This document shows positions 39,117 to 45,894 of a stretch of 45,894 nt of DNA, piece by piece (the first letter of the stretch is position 1; the number at the start of each line of letters is the position of its first letter). The notes beneath the pieces are model-generated. The model was given only the letters and a program-made list of their open reading frames with translations. It ran no database searches and was not told the origin of the DNA. The position numbers were made by a program, and so were the translations under genes. This DNA comes from Candidatus Actinomarina sp. (GTDB taxonomy: Bacteria; Actinomycetota; Acidimicrobiia; Actinomarinales; Actinomarinaceae): positions 1-45,894 of the forward strand of contig JADHQS010000003.1 in NCBI GenBank assembly GCA_016777845.1, given 5' to 3'.

Positions 39117-40823
39117 TTATCCTCTTTCTCGAACATAGGTATTTGTAATTGGCATTCTTCTGTCTTTGCCAAATGCCTTTTCAGTTAATTTTACTCCTGG
39201 TGCAACTTGTTTTCTCTTATACTCGTTTCTATCAACTTTAGACAAGACATCAAATACAACATTCTCATCAATGCCCTTAGAAATAATTTTTTCAGAGGAA
39301 CTATCTTCTTCAATATACATTCTTAAAATTTCATCAAGAAGATCATATTCTGGCAATGAATCCTTATCAAACTGATCTGGTCTTAATTCTGCACTTGGCT
39401 CTTTATCAATTGTATTTTGAGGAATTACGCTTGAAATTGAATTTCTGAAATTTGCCAAGTTATAAACTTCAGTCTTATATAGGTCTTTTAATAGTGCAAA
39501 ACCTCCTGCTAAATCACCATAAAGAGTTGAATAACCTACAGCCATTTCAGACTTATTACCTGTTGAAACAACCATAGCTCCAGTTTGATTGGATAAAGCC
39601 ATTAAAATATTACCCCTTACGCGTGATTGGATATTTTCATCTGTTGTTTGTCCAAGTTCTTCACCAACACTTTCCTTTAAAGTATTTCTAAAAATATTTA
39701 CTATTTCTTCAATTTCTATGACTTTAAATTCTATATCAAGATTTTCTGCAAGCAACTTTGCATCTATAAGAGACTCTTCGGTGTTATATTTGGATGGCAA
39801 CGCTACACCTATTACATTGTCTGAACCAAGAGCATCAACGGCAATAGTTGCCGTCAAAGCAGAGTCTATTCCTCCAGAAAGTCCTATAAGTACTTTTTCA
39901 AAATTATTTTTACTAACGTAATCAAACAACCCTAATTTCAATGCTGAATATAGAGATTCATTTTTTGATAGAAGTAGAGCAGACTGTAAAGGATCTAGCT
40001 CAGATCGTTTTTGTCTAATCTCCAGTAATGACCCTCTTGGTTGTTCTTTTACTTCCAAATCTAGATCAATATAAAATAACTCCTCTTCAAACTGTTGTGC
40101 TTGGTAAAGTATTTCACCTTTTCCATCTACAACAAATGAACCTCCATCAAAAACTAACTCGTCTTGACCGCCAACCATGTTTAAGTAAATAATTGGTACG
40201 CCTAATTTTCTAGCTTGGTTGACAACAAGCTCTTTTCTTAAGTCTGATTTATTTTGATCATAAGGAGAAGCGTTTATGTTAATTATTAAAGACGCACCAT
40301 TCTCTACTTGTTGTAATGACGGACCTTCTTCAATCCATATATCTTCGCAAATGCTTATTCCAATCCCAATGTCTTCATACCAAAATACATTTCCTGGATT
40401 ATTGCCTTTGGCAAAATACCTAGCTTCATCGAATACAGAATAGTTTGGAAGAAAACACTTGTGATAGATTCCTTTTACATCACCGTTTTGGATTATTGCT
40501 GCTGCATTAGCAATGTCTCTTTTTCGTTTGTCTGTATGGTTATCATCCAAGTTTCTGTCAACAAAACCAACAACACCACTTGTTGAGCTAGAAAATTCAG
40601 CTAATTCTTCCAAAACAGCGAAGTTTTTTCCAACAAAACTTTCTCTTAAGAGTAAATCTTCAGGTGGATATCCTGTAAGTGCTAATTCAGGGAAAATCAG
40701 GATATCTACTTCTTTTTCTTCAGCTGCCTCAAAACAATCTAAAATAGTTTGCTTATTTTTTTGTATGGCCCCTACTGGAAATGATTTTTGAGCACCAGCT
40801 ATTCGAATTATTTTTTTATCCAC
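39117..40823 (-). CDS. nadE: Glutamine-dependent NAD+ synthetase
   Basis: Nitrilase domain (FPEL..TGYPPEDL, K..LPNYSVFDE.RYF, ICEDIW) plus SGGIDS, ENIQSR.RG and GNKSE..GYSTLYGD. Confidence 0.97.
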   Translation of the reverse strand: MDKKIIRIAGAQKSFPVGAIQKNKQTILDCFEAAEEKEVDILIFPELALTGYPPEDLLLRESFVGKNFAVLEELAEFSSSTSGVVGFVDRNLDDNHTDKRKRDIANAAAIIQNGDVKGIYHKCFLPNYSVFDEARYFAKGNNPGNVFWYEDIGIGISICEDIWIEEGPSLQQVENGASLIININASPYDQNKSDLRKELVVNQARKLGVPIIYLNMVGGQDELVFDGGSFVVDGKGEILYQAQQFEEELFYIDLDLEVKEQPRGSLLEIRQKRSELDPLQSALLLSKNESLYSALKLGLFDYVSKNNFEKVLIGLSGGIDSALTATIAVDALGSDNVIGVALPSKYNTEESLIDAKLLAENLDIEFKVIEIEEIVNIFRNTLKESVGEELGQTTDENIQSRVRGNILMALSNQTGAMVVSTGNKSEMAVGYSTLYGDLAGGFALLKDLYKTEVYNLANFRNSISSVIPQNTIDKEPSAELRPDQFDKDSLPEYDLLDEILRMYIEEDSSSEKIISKGIDENVVFDVLSKVDRNEYKRKQVAPGVKLTEKAFGKDRRMPITNTYVRERG

Positions 40824-40849
40824 AATTTAATGATAGATGGGAAACTTGG

Positions 40850-41254
40850 TTATGAAGAAACCTTAATTTCTATATCTTTAGAGTCTTCGATCCAATTTGT
40901 AACCCTCTTTAGAGAGGGCAGTCTGTCTACTATATTTCTTTTTGAATTAATTTTTGCCATTACTTCATGAAGCGATTCCGGGTTTCTTCTTTTTAATTCA
41001 GACACACTTTCAACTCCAGCAGCTTCAAGTAAGTCTGCATAGTCTCTTCCTAAATTTTTAATTTTCATTAGTTCAGCACGTCTAGCCCAGTGCAATAATT
41101 TAGGTGAACTAATACCTGTTTCTTTTGTTAAGAGAGCCCTCCCTGACCTTGAAGAGGCGATTTGTAAAAAAGTTGTTGTTGTTCTGACTCTAGCTCTTCT
41201 TAGCTTTGTTGCTTCGGTATGTGTCATACCATTTATAGAGTCAATTGAATTCAT
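40850..41254 (-). CDS. DUF4332-like helix-hairpin-helix protein
   Basis: GR..L...TGIS...L.W...AELM.I...G.DYADLLEAAGV.SV.EL..RNP.SL and RLPS...V..WI pattern. Confidence 0.8.
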   Translation of the reverse strand: MNSIDSINGMTHTEATKLRRARVRTTTTFLQIASSRSGRALLTKETGISSPKLLHWARRAELMKIKNLGRDYADLLEAAGVESVSELKRRNPESLHEVMAKINSKRNIVDRLPSLKRVTNWIEDSKDIEIKVSS

Positions 41255-41317
41255 GTTTTAAATTTTACAAAACAAATTACATAAAGAAACGATTTTTTTT
41301 AAGAGTTTTTCCCACTC

Positions 41318-41914
41318 TCAAAAATCTTTTTCTTCGTCATAATCAATAGGTTCTAAAAAATTGAAATTAAGTTTTTTAATTTCAATTTCTGATGAGATAA
41401 GAAAATCAACTAAATCAAAATCTTGGAATACTGATTTTTCTTCATCAATTTCATCGTCTTCAGTTATCAGTTCTAATTTCGTCCAAAACATTCTCGGAAT
41501 TAAAATTGGAAATCCTAGTTTGTATCTGTATTGAGGAACCAAAACCTTATTACCGTCATGGTCATCGTTGTTAAGACCGTCTATAACTTCAACCTCAACC
41601 TCTGGTTGATCCCCAAGGAAAAAAATTATATTATTAATCTCTTTTTGATTTTGATAGAAGAATAAAGCTGTCCTAATTGAAGATGTGATGCCCTCTGACC
41701 AATTTTCATTAATTAAGATATTTGAATTTTTAAAATCTATTTTTTCTGAAATTATTTCATTCTCAGACCCCAGCACAACAGAAGAGTTATCAAAATTAAT
41801 GTTGACTTTATCAATTATTGCTTGCAGTAATGGTTTGTCCCTAACTTCAGCTAACTGTTTAGGAAACCCCATTCTACTTGAGCTACCTGCGGCTAATATT
41901 ACTGCTGCGTTCAA
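41318..41914 (-). CDS. Nucleotidyltransferase, MocA/YgfJ-like (molybdenum cofactor cytidylyltransferase family)
   Basis: VILAAGSSSRMG.PKQL, N.NW.EG..SS, LGDQP, G.P and D.D...D motifs; TTG start. Confidence 0.82.
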   Translation of the reverse strand: MNAAVILAAGSSSRMGFPKQLAEVRDKPLLQAIIDKVNINFDNSSVVLGSENEIISEKIDFKNSNILINENWSEGITSSIRTALFFYQNQKEINNIIFFLGDQPEVEVEVIDGLNNDDHDGNKVLVPQYRYKLGFPILIPRMFWTKLELITEDDEIDEEKSVFQDFDLVDFLISSEIEIKKLNFNFLEPIDYDEEKDF

Positions 41915-41916
41915 AA

Positions 41917-42534
41917 CTATACTGATCCTAATATTGAACTACCAAAAGTTAGCGCAATGACAACAAGGAAAACTTCAATATTTCTTAATAAGTAAACCTG
42001 CTTTATACCTGAACCAAATGTAATTAGTGCGTAGATTAAAGTTATAAAAACTAATAATGCTTGTACAAGTGGGTTTTGTATAAACAATACAGGAAATACA
42101 AGTAATCCTGGAACGCTTGAAAAGAATGAAATTATGAGTAGATCAACTGGTTTTGGATCTTTTCTAAATAAAAATTTAAGAATCAAAAAACATATTACAA
42201 GGCCAACTACTGTTGTAGCACTGTTTGATACAATTGATGAAATCAATACAGATGTATTCGAGCCTTGCTGAGCAAAAATAACAGATAATTCATCGATCAA
42301 AGACCTAAACATCTGAAACTCTTCTTCCGACATTTCACCCTGAACAAGAACGAGGTTGCTCTCAAGAAATTCAATCATTCCATTAAAAAATCTAAATGCG
42401 CTTAAGGTAGTTAAGGTAACTACTGCTAAATAAATTGCAATTCCTTTTTGCAGTGCACCATTTAGATTAAGAAGCTCATTGTATATATATTTATCAAGAC
42501 GTAAAATTTTTGAGAATATTTGTCTTTCACTCAT
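41917..42534 (-). CDS. Hypothetical membrane protein (Yip1-like topology)
   Basis: About 5 hydrophobic segments; TAAGGA ribosome-binding site upstream. Confidence 0.7.
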   Translation of the reverse strand: MSERQIFSKILRLDKYIYNELLNLNGALQKGIAIYLAVVTLTTLSAFRFFNGMIEFLESNLVLVQGEMSEEEFQMFRSLIDELSVIFAQQGSNTSVLISSIVSNSATTVVGLVICFLILKFLFRKDPKPVDLLIISFFSSVPGLLVFPVLFIQNPLVQALLVFITLIYALITFGSGIKQVYLLRNIEVFLVVIALTFGSSILGSV

Positions 42535-42565
42535 TTTTAATTTTTCCTTATTTAAAATATACCTT

Positions 42566-42883
42566 ATGACTATAACAAAAATTATTTCCTACTTTATAAC
42601 TCTTTCTATGGCTGTAGTAATCTTTTGGGCTCAAGGAGAGGTTGCAATTTTTGACTCACCAATTCTTGATTTACCTTGGGGTGTTGTTTCATTAGTTGAT
42701 CTTTATTCTGGATTTGTTTTATTTAGTCTTTGGATTTTTTACAAAGAGAATATTTTACCAGCTGTTATTTGGACATTTTTTGTCATGACTTTAGGAAGCT
42801 TCACAATTGCTTTATATGTTATTTACAGCATTAATAAGTCTGATGGAAATATTCAGAAATTTTTTATGGGAGACAACTCTTAA
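42566..42883 (+). CDS. Small membrane protein, DUF1475-like
   Basis: PWGVVSLVDLYSGF.LF..WI..KE and W......LGS motifs; ATG 42566 has TAAAAT 7 nt upstream. Confidence 0.8.
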   Translation: MTITKIISYFITLSMAVVIFWAQGEVAIFDSPILDLPWGVVSLVDLYSGFVLFSLWIFYKENILPAVIWTFFVMTLGSFTIALYVIYSINKSDGNIQKFFMGDNS

Positions 42884-45039
42884 TCTTTTTTCAGATTATC
42901 TAACAATATAAGGGACACATCTCGTACTTTAACATTGTCTCCATAACCCAACTCTTTTACACCATCATCCATCATTATGTAACAAAAAGGACACGCAACA
43001 GCAACTTCGTCAGCCCCAGTATCAATAGCTTCTTGTGAACGCTCAATATTTATTTTTTTTCCTGTAGACTCCTCCATCCACATTCTTCCACCACCAGCAC
43101 CACAGCAAAAGCTCTCTGTTCCTTGTCTTTTCATTTCTCTAATCTCAATACCGCCTATAGATCCTACAATCTCACGTGGTGCGGTATAGATATCATTATG
43201 TCTACCAAGATAACATGAGTCATGATAGGTGATTTTATAAGGCTTATCACTAGAGCCAACTTCAATTCTTCCTGACTGAACTAACTCCGTCAAAAGTTGA
43301 CTGTGATGAATTACTTGATAGTTTCCTCCAAGCTGTGGATACTCATTTGCTATTGTGTTAAAGCAGTGTGGGCACTGAGTAATAATTTTTTCTACTTTTA
43401 GATTGTTCATATTCTCAATATTTTGAACAGCTAGTTGTTGAAAAACAAATTCATTACCTGTTCTTCTTGCAGAGTCTCCTGTACAAACTTCTTTTGGTCC
43501 TAGAACAGCAAAAGTAACTCCAGCTCTTTTTAATAACGTTGCTACAGCTTTCGTAACAGGTACATTTCTATCATCAAAAGCCCCCGCACAACCGACCCAA
43601 TACAGATAGTCATATTCTTCATGGTTACTTTCATCTATTACAGGAACATCAAACTCTAGATCTTCAGTCCATTTCAGTCTGTCGTTTTGAGAAGCTCCCC
43701 ATGGATTAGACGAGTTCTCCATCGCAACATATGCCTTACCTAACTCTGCAGGAAAATCTGATTCCATCAATGCAAGATGTCTTCTCATATCAAGTATTTT
43801 GTCTAAAATTTCAATATTCACTGGGCAAATCTCATCACAAGCTTTACAAGAAGTACAAGCCCAGAGTTCTTCAGAAGTAATTCTTTCAAAAACATTGTCA
43901 GAATTTACACGTAAAGGACCCGGCGTTGACACCGTCGCAGGTACTGCAGGTTGACCAGATTCAGACATTACTTGTCCTACTTTTAATATAATTTCTCTAG
44001 GGTCTAAAGACTTACCAGTTTGATTTGCGGGACACACAGATGTACACCTGCCACAAACAGTACATGCATCAAGGTCCATTAACTGCTTCCAGGTAAAGTG
44101 ATCAATAATTTCTGTACCTACATTGTCAATATCATCAGCTTCTAAAAGATTTCCAATAAATTTCATCGCACCTTTAGGTCTTTCCTTTGGTGACATGAAC
44201 ATATTTATTGGTGAAGTAAATATGTGCCTAAGTTTGGACAATGGAATTGCTATTAGAAATACAAAAAAAGAAACAACATGAAGTACCCACGAAATCCTAT
44301 GAAAAAGTTCAGGATTTGTGAGGTTTAAAAATTGACCAGCAGCATAGCCAATAAAGGACCATTTTTCATAATCTGGAAAATTTTCTAATGCGATTCTTCC
44401 AGCTTCCGTAGTTATGCCTGATATTCCAATAAAAATTAATAAAGAAAGAGTTAGATAATCATCGATTGTAGTTTTTGTCTTTATTCTGTATTCAGTTCCA
44501 ATTAAGCGCCTAGCTAAAGCCCAAAAAAGACCTGTTAGATAAGCTATCGTTGCCAGTTCTAATGTGAAAGAGTAAACGATATATGTTGTGCCTTGTAAAA
44601 ATTTTAGCGAAGGAGGCATGAGATGATGGATTTCTAAAGTTACAGTGCCTGCAAACAAACCTAGAAAGCCAATATAAATTAGAGAGTGCATAAGACCAGC
44701 AGCTTTAAACCTAAGAACAGTTCGCATAGTCAAACCATCAAAAAGTTTAAATATCCTTTGAGACAGTTTCACATCTCTTTTTTCTTCTTTGCCTCTAGTC
44801 CAGTTCTTTACTCGAAGAGAAAATAAGTAACCAGAAATATAGATCGTTGTTGCACTTAAAACATAAAATATATATTGGAGGACCTTAGGAATATTCTCAA
44901 ATACTCTTCTTCCTCCAACTATTTCTCCTTCGGGAAATATATAGCTTGCTGCCCATAAAAATAGTGTACCTACTGCTGCACCGGCAGAGAATAGTAATAC
45001 ATAATCATTAGCTTTGTATTTATTTAAAAACTTATTCAT
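42880..45039 (-). CDS. Membrane Fe-S oxidoreductase, FadF/EtfD-like (NarI-like membrane domain, 2x[4Fe-4S], CCG domains)
   Basis: CTVCGRCTSVCP, CTSCKACDEICP, WVGC, CPHC, HDSC, CCGAGGG and ACPFC motifs; heme His residues in the TM region. Confidence 0.9.
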   Translation of the reverse strand: MNKFLNKYKANDYVLLFSAGAAVGTLFLWAASYIFPEGEIVGGRRVFENIPKVLQYIFYVLSATTIYISGYLFSLRVKNWTRGKEEKRDVKLSQRIFKLFDGLTMRTVLRFKAAGLMHSLIYIGFLGLFAGTVTLEIHHLMPPSLKFLQGTTYIVYSFTLELATIAYLTGLFWALARRLIGTEYRIKTKTTIDDYLTLSLLIFIGISGITTEAGRIALENFPDYEKWSFIGYAAGQFLNLTNPELFHRISWVLHVVSFFVFLIAIPLSKLRHIFTSPINMFMSPKERPKGAMKFIGNLLEADDIDNVGTEIIDHFTWKQLMDLDACTVCGRCTSVCPANQTGKSLDPREIILKVGQVMSESGQPAVPATVSTPGPLRVNSDNVFERITSEELWACTSCKACDEICPVNIEILDKILDMRRHLALMESDFPAELGKAYVAMENSSNPWGASQNDRLKWTEDLEFDVPVIDESNHEEYDYLYWVGCAGAFDDRNVPVTKAVATLLKRAGVTFAVLGPKEVCTGDSARRTGNEFVFQQLAVQNIENMNNLKVEKIITQCPHCFNTIANEYPQLGGNYQVIHHSQLLTELVQSGRIEVGSSDKPYKITYHDSCYLGRHNDIYTAPREIVGSIGGIEIREMKRQGTESFCCGAGGGRMWMEESTGKKINIERSQEAIDTGADEVAVACPFCYIMMDDGVKELGYGDNVKVRDVSLILLDNLKKD

Positions 45040-45823
45040 TTGTTAATTCTTTTGATATCTCAGTAGACCTTTGAGTTGCTTTGCGAATTGCATTGAGAAT
45101 AATTGTATCAAATGAATCATCATTAAGCGAATTGAGACCTGCTTCGGTAGTTCCACCAGGTGACTTTACTTTATTTACCAAATCTTTAAATGTTTCATCT
45201 TTGTCTACAAGTGCAGGAAGTGCTTTTACAAGTTCTTTAATAATTAACTCAGAATCCTCTAAGCTTAATCCCAGCTCAGTCCCAGAGTTGACAAGCTGAT
45301 TTGAAAGCTCATAAAACCAAGCCGGACCACTGCCTGACAATGCAGTGACAATAGGGAACATAGATTCGTCAACTTCTTTAACAGTTCCTAAATTCTTTAA
45401 AACATTATGGATAAAGTTGAGATAATCTCCTTGGTAATTTGAAGTGAATGGAATAAAACCAGTTTTATCATGAATGAGTAAATTAGGCATAATTCTTAAA
45501 ATATTATTGCCAAAATATTTTTGAATTGTTTTAATTTCAAGACCTGCAACTGGAGTGCAAATTAAAACATCTTTCCCAATTTTATCTTTATTAGTAATAA
45601 AAAATTGATTTATATTTTGAGGTTTAATGCATAAAAGTAAAACTCCATCATTAATAGCAGTTAAATATTCTTCAGGGGTTATTGAATAACTCTTTTGCAT
45701 TGACTGCCTTACTACATTTGAGTCCTCATATAAGTAAATATTTGTATCTAAATCATTTAAACCATTCAGAAAAGCTGATCCTAGATTTCCTAATCCAACT
45801 ATGTGAATATCTATTTTTTTCAT
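45032..45823 (-). CDS. proC: Pyrroline-5-carboxylate reductase
   Basis: GLGNLG, IKPQ, RIMPN, TALSGSGPA and V.SPGGTT.AG motifs. Confidence 0.93.
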   Translation of the reverse strand: MKKIDIHIVGLGNLGSAFLNGLNDLDTNIYLYEDSNVVRQSMQKSYSITPEEYLTAINDGVLLLCIKPQNINQFFITNKDKIGKDVLICTPVAGLEIKTIQKYFGNNILRIMPNLLIHDKTGFIPFTSNYQGDYLNFIHNVLKNLGTVKEVDESMFPIVTALSGSGPAWFYELSNQLVNSGTELGLSLEDSELIIKELVKALPALVDKDETFKDLVNKVKSPGGTTEAGLNSLNDDSFDTIILNAIRKATQRSTEISKELTNE

Positions 45824-45894
45824 TCTTCAATAATATCAGGTATATCAGAAGAATTTAAATAATGGCATTTATTAAATAATTTAAAAATATTTTT
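45820..45894 (-). CDS. C-terminal end of an unidentified gene (cut by window edge)
   Basis: Open frame ...KNIFKLFNKCHYLNSSDIPDIIEE* whose TGA overlaps the proC ATG (ATGA). Confidence 0.55.
   Translation of the reverse strand, partial: KNIFKLFNKCHYLNSSDIPDIIEE

Noticed and set aside
41302-41318. Hairpin AGAGT-TTTTCCC-ACTCT as an intrinsic terminator
   Set aside because: Weak 5-bp stem with no U-tract on the 3' side on either strand.
41318-41914. MocA-like gene plus selD as a selenium-dependent molybdenum hydroxylase system
   Set aside because: Separated by unrelated genes; no yqeB/yqeC, xdhC or hydroxylase subunits in the window.
104-45299. Numerous short antisense or nested ORFs (e.g. 104..427, 7807..8163, 9664..10119, 17893..18405, 36571..36960)
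   Set aside because: They are shadow frames of well-supported genes, with no motifs or independent expression signals.
1-45894. CRISPR arrays, IS elements, rRNA, long repeats
   Set aside because: None seen by eye; almost all sequence is accounted for by coding genes with very short spacers.

Overview
A 45.9-kb, AT-rich, very gene-dense bacterial window. Genes mostly abut or overlap by ATGA/TTAG. Gene content and style (F420-dependent LLM enzyme, Acidimicrobiia-like sigma factor and oxidase cluster, FeS-less photolyase, many apparently leaderless genes) suggest a streamlined marine actinobacterium such as Ca. Actinomarinales; this assignment is inference. It holds about 46 housekeeping and metabolic genes: leuCD, ald, IDO, photolyase, tldDE, sigma-70, ctaA/ctaB, a caa3-type oxidase operon, hflX, gnd, pepN, aceA, beta-oxidation genes, nadE and proC. 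I saw no mobile element or CRISPR array. The ORF track misses three things. (1) A tRNA-Sec gene (anticodon TCA, 11681-11772). (2) The true N-terminus of selD, which has an in-frame TGA in the catalytic G-U-A-C-K motif plus a SECIS-like hairpin, so SelD is a selenoprotein; it is translationally coupled to an alpha/beta hydrolase and a GT4 glycosyltransferase. (3) An otherwise intact zinc-ribbon gene (28773-29000) interrupted by two in-frame TAA codons. Other points of interest are a stand-alone, roofless GroES-like ORF coupled to hflX and an IDO-alanine dehydrogenase operon.
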